This document shows, in pieces, positions 19,227 through 29,215 of a stretch of DNA of 64,000 nt (the first letter of the stretch is position 1; every line of letters begins with the position of its first letter). The DNA lies in IMG/VR virus record IMGVR_UViG_3300031629_000002, positions 343 to 64,342 of that record; one strand, given 5' to 3'. The position numbers and the translations under genes are program-made. The notes under the pieces were generated by a model, which made no database searches, was not told the DNA's origin, and saw nothing but the letters and a program-made list of their open reading frames with translations. This DNA is from a virus. Taxonomy: Duplodnaviria > Caudoviricetes.

Positions 19227-19649
19227 TTACTCTTCCTCCCTTCGTTTGCTATGAGTCCATTCATCGGCCATAGCATCCCACGGCCCCGAAGTTTCGCTCT
19301 CGACCGCTTGTCGGAACATTTCTTCTTGGGTGTATTCAACCATGTTCGGGGCACTGATTTGCCCTATCCCGTAAAACACATCAGCAGGTAGTGTCATCCC
19401 ACTGCTTGGATCGTGAACCATTTTCTTTCCATCCTCACCCATGAAGGTTGTAAAGGCGTGTCCATAGGAACGACCGGCCAATGGCCCAACGGTTGGGGAC
19501 ACTTGGGCGTGAACCAGTGTATGGTTTGGATTAGCGCACATGTAATTGTATGCGTTATGGTAACAACTCCCACCTTTGTTTTCATCGGGTAGGTCGTCTA
19601 AATCCTCGACGCCTTTCAAAACACGAAAACCGGCATCAATGGCGTTCAT
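19227..19649 (-). CDS. Putative transglutaminase/papain-fold Cys-His enzyme
   Basis: GSCYHNA ... LVHA ... YGHAF ... VHDP; N-terminal motif variant MNAIDAGFRVLK. Confidence 0.55.
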   Translation of the reverse strand: MNAIDAGFRVLKGVEDLDDLPDENKGGSCYHNAYNYMCANPNHTLVHAQVSPTVGPLAGRSYGHAFTTFMGEDGKKMVHDPSSGMTLPADVFYGIGQISAPNMVEYTQEEMFRQAVESETSGPWDAMADEWTHSKRREEE

Positions 19650-20920
19650 TGATTCTTCCCCCAGTCAATGAGGTCACGCCATGGTGGTTTTGAAAATGGT
19701 GCGTGGAATTGTGAAGCAAAGGAGGGAGGTGTTTTTCCACTTGTAAGGATTTCACGCTCTCTATCCTGTGCTTCAAGTATTGCTTTCATCCGTGATACAG
19801 GGATTGCGTCTTCACCATCTCTCATTTGAGAAAGTGATTGATCTCTCACTCCAACCCTCGTTGGTGTGTGAGGGGTTAAGCGAGTTCCTTCGGCAATTGA
19901 CATACCTACATCCCCTCGGTGTGGATAGCGGGCGTCGGCTTGATGCCAATTCTGTATTCTTTCTTGAGGGGTCATTCGTTCACGGAGTGTGCTGGGGCTT
20001 ATGTCCAATTTGTGGTCGATGCCTTGTTCATCCAACTTACGCCCTAAACCCTGCACTGTGGCAAGGCCACCGGGACTCAAATAGGATTCTTTGATACGGC
20101 CAGTGTTTTCCAACAAAGCACCCAATGTGGAATACCCTAAGCCCATTCCAGTGAATGCTGGGTTCACCTCAACCATAGGGCCGCCCCCCAATCCATCTAT
20201 TGTCCCTGCTGAAACAGAAGCCATTCCGGCACCTGCCTCACGCCTTTGGTCGAGTGTATTGAGTAATTGGTCTTGAACTACGGAGGCGTATGCTTCTCGC
20301 CAATGTGGGCCGCTTGATTCCATGTTAATACCGATTTCATCGGCTTGCGGAGGGAATGGTCTTTTGTTCATACCCTGTGCGTGGTGTGAATTGAAATAAG
20401 GGAGTTCTGTATCTAAATAATCTTCAACACTATATCCCACTCCGGCGGCGGCCATTTCTTCTCTAAGCCATTCTTCGTCATTGTCAAAGTCCTCAATACG
20501 CAAACCAACATCCTCGGCGGTTTCCCATCCTTTAGTGCGTGCATAGGTTTCTTTGTCATCCAGCCCCTCAACATGGGAGATTGCTTGCTTGATTGGTATT
20601 TGGCCTCCAACCCGTAGTCCTACGCTTGGTGGCAAATTACCGAACTGTGTTGATAATTGGTGTGGTTCTATATTGAGGTTGTATTGGAAATCGTCACGAC
20701 CGACGGTCTTTTGCATGGTGTCCCATGCTACTTCAAACGGATCTGCTGATGCGGCTATGTCATCGTCGCTGGAATGGTCGTATTCCTTTTTCTCGGTGTC
20801 TTCTTCGCCTTCAATAGTAATAGGCGACCCAAGCAAGTCCATCGGCTCAATAGGTGCCGGTTGTAGCCTTATCCGGGGTCGCCCGTCGGGCGGCATAGGG
20901 CGAGGGCTGATACTCGGCAT
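19646..20920 (-). CDS. Protein with GNAT-like segment and PFEVAWDTMQK motif
   Basis: VEVNPAFTGMGLGYSTLGALL...YLSPGG resembles GNAT motif A; start re-set to MPSISP. Confidence 0.6.
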   Translation of the reverse strand: MPSISPRPMPPDGRPRIRLQPAPIEPMDLLGSPITIEGEEDTEKKEYDHSSDDDIAASADPFEVAWDTMQKTVGRDDFQYNLNIEPHQLSTQFGNLPPSVGLRVGGQIPIKQAISHVEGLDDKETYARTKGWETAEDVGLRIEDFDNDEEWLREEMAAAGVGYSVEDYLDTELPYFNSHHAQGMNKRPFPPQADEIGINMESSGPHWREAYASVVQDQLLNTLDQRREAGAGMASVSAGTIDGLGGGPMVEVNPAFTGMGLGYSTLGALLENTGRIKESYLSPGGLATVQGLGRKLDEQGIDHKLDISPSTLRERMTPQERIQNWHQADARYPHRGDVGMSIAEGTRLTPHTPTRVGVRDQSLSQMRDGEDAIPVSRMKAILEAQDREREILTSGKTPPSFASQFHAPFSKPPWRDLIDWGKNQ

Positions 20921-21027
20921 AGGAGGGCTATACCCTGTCGGTTTCAAATAGATTGTTATTGGTGTGTTAGGTGTGTGAACACTCACAAGGTTGATAAGCC
21001 ACTGCTGATGAGCGTTGGTTGAGCAAC

Positions 21028-22596
21028 ATGATGCAAAGCGGCCAACAACCAATCTTCATTCTAAAGGAAGGAACCGAGCGAAGCCACGGACGAGTGGCAC
21101 AGTCGAATAACATAGCCGCCGCAAAAGCGGTCGCTGATGCAGTGAGAAGCACACTTGGGCCAAAAGGAATGGACAAGATGCTTGTTGATGAAGGCGGAGA
21201 TGTCATCATCACCAACGATGGTGCTACAATTCTTCGTGAAATGGACATCGACCATCCTGCGGCGAAAATGATTATCGAAGTGGCGAAGACTCAAGAGCAA
21301 GAATGCTATGACGGGACAACCAGTGCTGTTATCCTTGCTGGTGAACTCCTAAAGAAGTCGGAAGAACTCATTACCCAAAACATTCATCCGACAACAATTT
21401 GCTCGGCATTCCGTGACGGTGGACAATACATAAACGCCAAATTAGAGGGATATGCTGAAAACAGTGAAGACCGTTTGCTTTCTATCGCTACTACTGCCCT
21501 TACTGGCAAATCATCAACATCTATCAAAGATCACCTTGGTGCTATCTGTGTCGATGCTGTTTCCAGTCTTTCTCAAGACGGTGCGGTTGATTTAACGCAA
21601 ATCAATGTGGTAAAGGCTGTTGGCGGCGACGCACACGACAGCGAACTCATTAGCGGCATTATTGTTGATAAAGAGCGTTGCCACAGTGGTATGCCAAGTG
21701 CTATCAGCAACGGTAAGGTTCTACTCATTGATTTCCCACTTGAAGTCAAGACAACCGAAATGGATGCGAACATCCAAATCACAGATCCAAACCAAATCAC
21801 TGCTTTCTTAGAACAAGAAGAAGGCTACATCCGTGAACTGGTTGAGAGGATTATAGCAAGCGGAGCAAAAATCGTTGTCTGTCAAAAGGGAATAGATGAC
21901 CTCGCAAAACACTATCTATCCAAAGCAAGTATTTTTGGACTCGAAAAGGTCAAGCGTTCCGATATGGAGTCCTTAGCCCGTGCTACTGGCGCAGGTATCA
22001 TCAACAACCTTGACGATGCCGAAGACGCCCTCGGTCTATGTGAATCATTAGAAGAGAAGAAGGTTGGTGAAATGCCTATGTCTTTCTTCTCCACACCTAA
22101 CTCTTCGGCTGTTACACTGCTTCTTAGAGGCGGCACAGCACCTTTCGTTGAAGAAATTGAACGAGCCTTTGAAGACGCAGTAGGTGTAGTGGCTATTGCA
22201 TACGAAGACGGTAAGGTTCTCACTGGTGGCGGTTCTATCTACGCCGCTTTGAGTCGTGATCTTGCTGACTATGCACTTACTATCGGTGGCCGTGAGCGCA
22301 TGGCTATGGAGGCTTTCTCTCAAGCACTTGAGGTAATCCCACGCACACTCGCTGAAAACGGTGGTCTTGACCCCGTTGATGAGATGATGGCACTACGCAA
22401 GGCACACAGCGAAGGTTTGCATAACCACGGTGTCAATGTCGAGAGTGGCGGTGTCATGCACATGGGCGAAGCCGGTGTCTATGAACCAAAGCGTGTTGTA
22501 GAACAGGCATTGAAGTCTGCTGTCGAAACAGCGACCATGATTCTCCGTATTGACGATGTAATTTCATCCCGCAAGGGCGGCCCAAGACAAGGTTAA
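21028..22596 (+). CDS. ths: Thermosome subunit (group II chaperonin)
   Basis: [45 protein letters not shown]; archaeal type. Confidence 0.97.
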   Translation: MMQSGQQPIFILKEGTERSHGRVAQSNNIAAAKAVADAVRSTLGPKGMDKMLVDEGGDVIITNDGATILREMDIDHPAAKMIIEVAKTQEQECYDGTTSAVILAGELLKKSEELITQNIHPTTICSAFRDGGQYINAKLEGYAENSEDRLLSIATTALTGKSSTSIKDHLGAICVDAVSSLSQDGAVDLTQINVVKAVGGDAHDSELISGIIVDKERCHSGMPSAISNGKVLLIDFPLEVKTTEMDANIQITDPNQITAFLEQEEGYIRELVERIIASGAKIVVCQKGIDDLAKHYLSKASIFGLEKVKRSDMESLARATGAGIINNLDDAEDALGLCESLEEKKVGEMPMSFFSTPNSSAVTLLLRGGTAPFVEEIERAFEDAVGVVAIAYEDGKVLTGGGSIYAALSRDLADYALTIGGRERMAMEAFSQALEVIPRTLAENGGLDPVDEMMALRKAHSEGLHNHGVNVESGGVMHMGEAGVYEPKRVVEQALKSAVETATMILRIDDVISSRKGGPRQG

Positions 22597-23309
22597 ATCT
22601 CGTCTTCTGTCGGCCATTCCCATGGTTGTAATTGATCACTGCTTATTTTAGGTGCGAAGTGTTTGCCATCTGTTGTCACACGGGGATTGGATCGTGTTGA
22701 AGCACTGTGTATAGCACCTCTATCTACCATCTTGTCCCAAAAGCCAGCCTTGCTGGGTTCGACCTTTGTAGCGTGAGCATGAAAAGAGTCTAATTCTGTT
22801 TGACCTGCCATTTCCTGTTCAAGTTCCGCAATCATCTCACGCAGGTATGATTCACCGAGGCCACCATCCCGCACAGTGGTAGCGACTTCAAAGTGGTGAA
22901 CTTCTACCTGCCCTGTATCGAAGTTCGTTTGAGCGACACCTCTTGCCATCCCATCTTTGGATTCCCAAGAAATATCACCAAATGGCGATGCTGGTGTCAT
23001 TAGATCTGACATGTAATCGGGAAACATTTCTTTTTCCCGTGCAGTAGGTGTTTTGTTGGGGTCTATCGTGTCTTCCCATTTTTCTTCGGGGTAGAAGAGG
23101 GGTGACTTGAGCAATCGCCAAGCCATGTCCATTGGCCCGCCTTTTTTGACAGCAGGACATTGGCACTTATCCGTTCCACTCTTGGACTTGCCACATTTTT
23201 TACAATCCCATTCAACCTCAATCGGAGGGGGTAATTTTTTGTTATCCCAATCTACCTCAATCGGGAGGGACTTCATTAGTAATGCGAAGGCGGTTTCAAA
23301 GGCGGTCAT
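22593..23309 (-). CDS. Signal-motif protein: Zn knuckle plus GNAT acetyltransferase-like domain
   Basis: N-terminal MTAFETAFALLMK; internal GPMDMAWRLLK; FEVATTVRDGGLGESYL...AGFWDKM. Confidence 0.7.
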   Translation of the reverse strand: MTAFETAFALLMKSLPIEVDWDNKKLPPPIEVEWDCKKCGKSKSGTDKCQCPAVKKGGPMDMAWRLLKSPLFYPEEKWEDTIDPNKTPTAREKEMFPDYMSDLMTPASPFGDISWESKDGMARGVAQTNFDTGQVEVHHFEVATTVRDGGLGESYLREMIAELEQEMAGQTELDSFHAHATKVEPSKAGFWDKMVDRGAIHSASTRSNPRVTTDGKHFAPKISSDQLQPWEWPTEDEI

Positions 23310-24064
23310 TCATAACCACCCGCCCTCCATTCATCGGCTTCTTTGATTTGTTCATCAGTGGGATAGCGGATAACTTGCATTGAACCGGAACAATTGTTTT
23401 TGATTCCATCTACTGGTTCTTTGAGCGAAACCCCGCAAACCCCACTATTGCGATAAGCAATCCTGCCACAGTCACGGCATTGTCGCAATTTGGATATAAT
23501 ACCCTTGATTAAAGCCCATGCTTGTTCGACGGCGGTCGTTTGCGGGTCGGCGGAGGCAGTGAAATAAGACGAAGGATGACGGCGATTTGCCTTAGAAGCG
23601 CAATCATCCCATTCAGTAAGTAATTGGCGTGCGAATGCCTGTAATTTTTCATTCAATCCGGTTTTTGCCGCTTGCGGGCCTAAAAGACCCTGTGTATGAC
23701 CCTCTTTGTCATAATTGACACTGTGCTTCTCACCAAACCTGCCGCTTGCCCATTCTTCTAATTTTTCACGGAGGTTGTCGCACGCATTCTGTGTGTGGTA
23801 TTGTAGGGTGTCATAGGTTTCCGGGTAGTCGGGATCGTCGTCGCCCATAGCATGAGGCATGTCCCATTCTTCGTGACCCCAAGCACTTGTTTCATAATAC
23901 CATTTTGTGCTAATTTGAATACAACATTCGTCAGCAGGGAGGCTGTCATCATCATCCCAACCGTCCTTATCGGGTATTTTCATCGGCGGTGGTGGTGATG
24001 ACATTTCCGGCGGTTCCAATGTCGCATTTTTGATAAGTGCGAACGCTTGTTCAAAGGCGGTCAT
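23306..24064 (-). CDS. Signal-motif protein with C-terminal Zn ribbon
   Basis: Likely start MTAFEQAFALIK (ATGA overlap); internal AVEQAWALIK followed by CRDC..C..C. Confidence 0.75.
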   Translation of the reverse strand: MTAFEQAFALIKNATLEPPEMSSPPPPMKIPDKDGWDDDDSLPADECCIQISTKWYYETSAWGHEEWDMPHAMGDDDPDYPETYDTLQYHTQNACDNLREKLEEWASGRFGEKHSVNYDKEGHTQGLLGPQAAKTGLNEKLQAFARQLLTEWDDCASKANRRHPSSYFTASADPQTTAVEQAWALIKGIISKLRQCRDCGRIAYRNSGVCGVSLKEPVDGIKNNCSGSMQVIRYPTDEQIKEADEWRAGGYE

Positions 24065-24543
24065 TCTTTGTCCCACTCCTGCACATGGCCCACTGGCCTC
24101 TCTTCCCATAGCCGCTTATCATTAGCCCTACCTTGATTTTTATTACGGTGAATAAACCACCCTGCTTCTTTGAGCGATTCCTCGTCAATTTCCTTTCCTG
24201 CCAATTCTTCCTCCGAATCATCAACAAGGCTAATGTGTTCGGGAGCCACCTCACCAGATCCAAGGACATTCCATCCCAAATCCTTAACATCATCTCGGCT
24301 GTTTATGTGATCATCATCAATATACAACAAAGCAGGAGGACTACCATGAGAAATAGAACGACTTGCGGCATAGGCTCTTGCCATGAGTTCATCGGGAGTC
24401 ATGTAAAATGATGGGTCGCCCATGAGCGCACCACCGGGATTCATAGCCTTGCCACCTTCTTGGAGGATTTTCTTTGCCGCCTCCATGGTAGTTCCGTGAT
24501 ATGGCATTTTCAGTAAAGCGAATGCTTGTTCAAAGGCGGTCAT
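24061..24543 (-). CDS. Signal-motif protein: putative ADP-ribosyltransferase-fold domain
   Basis: MTAFEQAFALLK-MPYHGTT..AAKKILQEG...FYMTPDELMARAYA shows the H-Y-Y ART-like spacing. Confidence 0.7.
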   Translation of the reverse strand: MTAFEQAFALLKMPYHGTTMEAAKKILQEGGKAMNPGGALMGDPSFYMTPDELMARAYAASRSISHGSPPALLYIDDDHINSRDDVKDLGWNVLGSGEVAPEHISLVDDSEEELAGKEIDEESLKEAGWFIHRNKNQGRANDKRLWEERPVGHVQEWDKE

Positions 24544-24737
24544 TCTTTCCCACCTCTCCATCCGAAGCCATATCCCTTGCTACAATCGGTCGGGCATTGA
24601 ATACCACCAAGCATTGAATTGTAGTTCACCCATTCACCAGCGTCAATGGTTCGACCACAGGTCTTACAATTGCCAGTGTATTTAGCCTTAAAGGGGGCTT
24701 TCAGTAGCGAAAAGGCTTTGGTAAATGCTGTCACCAT
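24540..24737 (-). CDS. Signal-motif Zn-finger microprotein
   Basis: MVTAFTKAFSLLK-APFKAKYTGNCKTCG...CPTDC. Confidence 0.75.
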   Translation of the reverse strand: MVTAFTKAFSLLKAPFKAKYTGNCKTCGRTIDAGEWVNYNSMLGGIQCPTDCSKGYGFGWRGGKE

Positions 24738-25480
24738 TCTTCATCCTCTTCCTGTTCCTGTCGCTCTTGATATTCTGCGAATCTCTTGCCAGCATCAAGC
24801 CAGCGTTGTTGCCACTCGGATTTAGGCACTTTTTCGGCTTCATCGGGATGAACCCAATTTGACCCACGCCCGAACTCGCTGTGCATGTATTGAGTGTCCG
24901 GGTCGTTCCAGTTCTGTTCTTTAGGTATTGATGCCAACCCTTTAGGAAAAATGCCCCTGCTTGCTAAAAGCCCAAGCATGTCAGCACTGTTCTCACGGGC
25001 TGGGCCAAACGACCCACTCTTACCGTATTTTGAGAAGTTCTTTCGGTATTCTTCTAAAGCATCCAAAAGCCCTGCACCCATAGACCTTCTTCGTAAATCC
25101 GATGGAACAAAGACACGCTCGATTTTGTTATCAATAACGGCGGCGAATGGGTTTTTTTGACCCAAACCGAACTGTTGCTCGGCTTCTCTATCTTCATCTA
25201 TTGCGTCCATAGGGATAACTGCGGCATCCATCCGATCTATGTTGTTATGCTTGTGCCCAAAACCACGCTTGTCATCTTCACCTATCCATTCTCGCTGTGG
25301 TTCGATGTTGATTGGGAGTGTCCGGTCGTCTGTGGGGTCATAGAAGTCACCAACATACTTTTGCGCTGGGGCGTGGTCGTCGTCACCCTCCGTGAACTCA
25401 CCCTCTAAAGGGCGCACTGAACCGGGAACGAAGGGCATTTTCAGTAGTAAGAAGGCTTGGTCGAAGGAACTGATTGTCAT
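24731..25480 (-). CDS. Signal-motif protein: GNAT-like domain
   Basis: MTISSFDQAFLLLK-MP; IERVFVPSDLRRRSMGAGLLDAL. Confidence 0.65.
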   Translation of the reverse strand: MTISSFDQAFLLLKMPFVPGSVRPLEGEFTEGDDDHAPAQKYVGDFYDPTDDRTLPINIEPQREWIGEDDKRGFGHKHNNIDRMDAAVIPMDAIDEDREAEQQFGLGQKNPFAAVIDNKIERVFVPSDLRRRSMGAGLLDALEEYRKNFSKYGKSGSFGPARENSADMLGLLASRGIFPKGLASIPKEQNWNDPDTQYMHSEFGRGSNWVHPDEAEKVPKSEWQQRWLDAGKRFAEYQERQEQEEDEEW

Positions 25481-25596
25481 TGTTCCACCACCACCGAGTA
25501 TAGATAGGCGAGGGGGAGCAGTATGATAAGAATTGGGATTAGGACAAATGCTCCCACTGCCTTTATTAGTAGGTTGCCCAAAGAGTCACCCTCCAT
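25477..25596 (-). CDS. 39-aa single-TM microprotein
   Basis: Hand translation MEGDSLGNLLIKAVGAFVLIPILIILLPLAYLYSVVVEQ*; fills the gap; stop overlaps the next ATG. Confidence 0.65.
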   Translation of the reverse strand: MEGDSLGNLLIKAVGAFVLIPILIILLPLAYLYSVVVEQ

Positions 25597-25600
25597 TTTC

Positions 25601-27379
25601 TCACTCCATATCGGGGTAGTCCAATAACTCGGCGTCTTCGGAACGATTGCGTCTTATGAAGTCCCTTTCCCATTCTTCCATACCATTATTCCAGTCTGCT
25701 AAATCAATTTCCCTCTCCATGAGATCATCGGTTTCCGATGTGGACATTTGCCCTTGGAACTCATCGGGTAGTGCTATTTTACCCGACGCACCTTGTTGAA
25801 GGCGTTTTAATGCCTCCGACATGTGTTGATCTCGTTCATGGTCTTCATAGTAATATCCGGTTGTTCCTAAAGCATTTACTGGTTGAACTGCTCTTGGTGC
25901 CACCTCATCCCCTTCGTCGTTGTAATGCCAGCCTCTATGGGCACTCTTCTCTTCTTCGGGTGTCATATCATGGTCGGGCATCATCGAAGCAATCCACGCA
26001 TAAAGTTCGTCTTCATCCATAAACTCGCCATCCATACCTTCAAGGTCGTCTTGAATGTAACCCATTGATTGCGGGTCGGCTGTAACGAACGACGCAGGGT
26101 TTCCGTCTTCATCGAAGCCGGGGTCGGGTGCCACTTTGATTGCTGGGTAGGTTTGGCGCATAGGTGGAACCCCGTGATGACTTAATCCCAAATTAGATAG
26201 AATACTTTGATTAAACGACGATTCGGGAACAGCAGATCCATACATCGCATAGGCCAATGCTTCTTCCTTGTCCTTTGTCCAATATCGGAACTCGTCGTTG
26301 ATTCTGTCACCGCCGGAGTAAAGTGGCCCCGTGACCTTGCCGTATGTGCCTTGTGGTGTATCAACGCTCCACGGTGCCTTGATTAAATGCCAAGCCTCAT
26401 CAAATGCACCCATAGGTTCACCCGCTTGCTTAATATCCCCCTGTGATTCTATCGGTCGGGGCATTTTTACCTGTTCCCCGCCATGTTGCCTTTGGTATTT
26501 GGCTGGCACTTTATTCCCTCTTGCTGTTGTCGAAGGGTGATATGAGAGGCGGTCATTTACTTCCTTTTCTTCTCCCGCAAATTGTCCCGAATAAGCACCT
26601 ATTTCGTGTGCCATATTATAATTCGCTCTCGGTAATTCCCCTTCTGCAACCGCACTACTTATGGGCTGGTCTATTGCCGCATGGGTTCCTTCGTGGGCGA
26701 GAGTGGATGTTATTTCGGGTGTTTTATTTTCGGCTTCTTCCGCCGAAAGCATCTCGTCAGTCCACCCATATTTACCAAAAGCCGCTAAATTGACACCATT
26801 CATGGTTTCATAATCTTGCATACCACCCAATTTTTGCGGTGCCTTACTATCGAGATCCATTACATTGTTATTTCTGTCCACTCGACCTCGGTCTATTTCG
26901 TTGCCCTTCATATCAAGCAAGTTTGAACTTCCGTGGAACTTTGCTGTATCGGATTGAACAGTAGTAGTTCTCGGTTGAGAAGCACCTCTTCTAAAAGGAA
27001 CATCTCCTTGCTGGGCAAACTCCCCTCGTTCCGCCCGTTCCTCTTGGGTAAATGGTTCATTGGCGGTTCTTACATCATCATCCATCACTCTTGTCGAAGG
27101 GCCACCATATTGAGTGTTCTCGGCGGTCATAGGAATACGCTGTTCTGTTCCCGTTGCACGCTCTTTGTTGTGTTTTTCACTCTCCATGTTATTGTAATCC
27201 GCTTGAAACTTGCGCTCTTTAGGATGCCACCAGCGTGGTTTTTGATAATCAACGGTGGTGGTGGCGTTTGCTTCCGGCCCCCAATAAGTTCCTGCGCTTG
27301 ACCCATCGTCCATACCGTCTTTACGGGGGAAATACATTTCCGATTTCATCAAATGCCACACTCTATCAATTGCGCTCAT
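25601..27379 (-). CDS. Two-module signal-motif protein: HExxH metallopeptidase-like plus possible ART-like domain
   Basis: MSAIDRVWHLMK; AHEGTH...HEIGAY; internal GEPMGAFDEAWHLIK followed by LYSGG...YWTKDKEEALAYA. Confidence 0.7.
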   Translation of the reverse strand: MSAIDRVWHLMKSEMYFPRKDGMDDGSSAGTYWGPEANATTTVDYQKPRWWHPKERKFQADYNNMESEKHNKERATGTEQRIPMTAENTQYGGPSTRVMDDDVRTANEPFTQEERAERGEFAQQGDVPFRRGASQPRTTTVQSDTAKFHGSSNLLDMKGNEIDRGRVDRNNNVMDLDSKAPQKLGGMQDYETMNGVNLAAFGKYGWTDEMLSAEEAENKTPEITSTLAHEGTHAAIDQPISSAVAEGELPRANYNMAHEIGAYSGQFAGEEKEVNDRLSYHPSTTARGNKVPAKYQRQHGGEQVKMPRPIESQGDIKQAGEPMGAFDEAWHLIKAPWSVDTPQGTYGKVTGPLYSGGDRINDEFRYWTKDKEEALAYAMYGSAVPESSFNQSILSNLGLSHHGVPPMRQTYPAIKVAPDPGFDEDGNPASFVTADPQSMGYIQDDLEGMDGEFMDEDELYAWIASMMPDHDMTPEEEKSAHRGWHYNDEGDEVAPRAVQPVNALGTTGYYYEDHERDQHMSEALKRLQQGASGKIALPDEFQGQMSTSETDDLMEREIDLADWNNGMEEWERDFIRRNRSEDAELLDYPDME

Positions 27380-28385
27380 TATGACCCCTCCATGTCCAAT
27401 TTTCTTTTAATCTATCGTAACGGTCGTATTGATCTTCCGACCCCATGCCTTTCGGCTCATCTAAATATGGAGGCATTTCATTAAACGGCTTTAAGCCCTC
27501 AACCTCAACCATGGCATCCATCCATTCTTTGATTTCCGTTGCTTCGGGATAACCCAAAGCATCCCAAATGTTGAGGTTGCCGACGACAGTAGTGGGTTCC
27601 GTTATGTCGTAGGTCAATGAATTGTGTAGTCCCGCCTCCCGCACTTTCGCCACCGCTTGTTGGAGTATTCCTTCATAGGGTTTTGCCGAGTAGTTTCTTT
27701 CAACGGCCATCATATCAGCCGTTTCACGGTCAAACCCTTGATTCCTTGCCCAAAGTCGCCTCGCTTTATCCGATTGCGCCGAGTCCGGCTTCAACGGAAC
27801 ACCCCAATGGGTCAATAAATCATACATGTCTGTCCCCAAACCAAGCCCTTGTAGGCGGTTTGGTAAATCCGGCATAGGGGTGGAACGGGGATCTTGGGTT
27901 TGGGCGGTGTCTGCACGGGTATGATACCGACGACCGAACGGGTCGGTATGATTGTAAAAGTCGGCACCACCCACATGGCGGTCTTGGCCGTGTATTGATT
28001 CTTTAATTTCGTCTATATCTATTTCATTTGAACGAGCCGCTTCGGCCAATTGCTCTTCACTCATAGGTTGCGTCACCGACATTTCACCGCCTTCACGCCT
28101 GTAAGGTTCCCAAGCGGGTTTGTTTTTTGGGGGATTGAGAGTATTACGAAGCCACTTATCCATCCTAATGTTGTAGCGTTCTCCCGTGTGCGGGTGAATC
28201 CATTGGGCTGATGCTTCACCGCTTTGTAAATCCCGTGAGTTTCTTTGGGCCTGTCCACGGTGGTCTTTAGCCTCCATGAAGTGGGGTGGTTTGTCGGACG
28301 GCTTATCAGTCCACACGGGTTCAGTCACCGTGTCCCAGTCAATGGGCATCTTAATGAGGGTAAAGGCTCGACTAAATGCACTCAC
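27366..28385 (-). CDS. Signal-motif protein: GNAT-like domain
   Basis: MSAFSRAFTLIK-MP; LPNRLQGLGLGTDMYDLL...PDSAQSDKARRLW. Confidence 0.65.
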   Translation of the reverse strand: MSAFSRAFTLIKMPIDWDTVTEPVWTDKPSDKPPHFMEAKDHRGQAQRNSRDLQSGEASAQWIHPHTGERYNIRMDKWLRNTLNPPKNKPAWEPYRREGGEMSVTQPMSEEQLAEAARSNEIDIDEIKESIHGQDRHVGGADFYNHTDPFGRRYHTRADTAQTQDPRSTPMPDLPNRLQGLGLGTDMYDLLTHWGVPLKPDSAQSDKARRLWARNQGFDRETADMMAVERNYSAKPYEGILQQAVAKVREAGLHNSLTYDITEPTTVVGNLNIWDALGYPEATEIKEWMDAMVEVEGLKPFNEMPPYLDEPKGMGSEDQYDRYDRLKENWTWRGHNERN

Positions 28386-29215
28386 CAGTCATCACCCCAA
28401 ATCGCTTTGCCTCCAACCGTCAATTGCGGAGGATTGTCGGAATGTGGTTCCATCTGTTCCAGCCAAAGGGCCAAATCATCTCTTTGCGCCCTTAGATATT
28501 CTTGATCGCCCGTATTGCTTTCGAGGAAATTGTTGTCCTCATCCAGATCAGGCAACCTATCCAAGAGTGCCGTGACAGGTAATTGCATGTTCCTCTTGTT
28601 GGTGAGGTATTCTTGGTATTGTTCGGCACTATCTTGCCCATCTGCATTTGACTCGCCCGGCCACCAATCGGCACCTCGATGCTCCACTTGAGAGTCAAGC
28701 ATCCTCGCTCTACCCTTTGTATCGTAGCCAAAGTTCATAGGGTGCCTATCCCCAATTATGTGGGCTAAGGCTGTATGCGCTACATGGGCACTGCGTTCCG
28801 GTTTCTTAGAGGGATCCGGCGGCCAGTCGGGGTTTTTGAGGGAAAGTTTAGGCTGGATGTTGTAATGGCCCTGCCCGCCCTCCGAAAGTTCATTAGAGGC
28901 GTCAATGTATTTTTCCGAGGCAACTGGGAAGCCTAATTCCTCCAACGCCAAAACAATGGCATTGTCACGGTCTTTACCAACCGCACCAGCACCCTCGCCC
29001 CAGCCATTCGGGATTTTCGCAACGAATCTACGGTCATTCGGGTGTTTGAAGGTTTCCATCATGCCGCCACCGCCTAAGCCCAAACCCTTGGCACCCCCTT
29101 GAGTCAAGAGTTCGTGCGTATCAATATCGGTATCAATACTCGAAATCTCGTCACGCCAGTTAGGACTCCACTCTTTGAGAAGCGAAAAGGCTATGTCAAA
29201 GGCGGTCATACTCAT
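28382..29215 (-). CDS. Signal-motif protein: HipA/PI3K-like kinase
   Basis: MTAFDIAFSLLK; Gly-rich loop GLGGGG, VAK lysine, catalytic GDRHPMN, Mg-binding MLD. Confidence 0.7.
   Translation of the reverse strand: MSMTAFDIAFSLLKEWSPNWRDEISSIDTDIDTHELLTQGGAKGLGLGGGGMMETFKHPNDRRFVAKIPNGWGEGAGAVGKDRDNAIVLALEELGFPVASEKYIDASNELSEGGQGHYNIQPKLSLKNPDWPPDPSKKPERSAHVAHTALAHIIGDRHPMNFGYDTKGRARMLDSQVEHRGADWWPGESNADGQDSAEQYQEYLTNKRNMQLPVTALLDRLPDLDEDNNFLESNTGDQEYLRAQRDDLALWLEQMEPHSDNPPQLTVGGKAIWGDDW

Noticed and set aside
21005-21030. CTGATGAG resembling a hammerhead ribozyme core
   Set aside because: No correctly placed GAAA and cleavage-site stems were found.
20921-21052. N-terminal extension of ORF 19646..21052
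   Set aside because: It would overlap the thermosome start and the divergent promoter region; the ATG at 20920 is more plausible.
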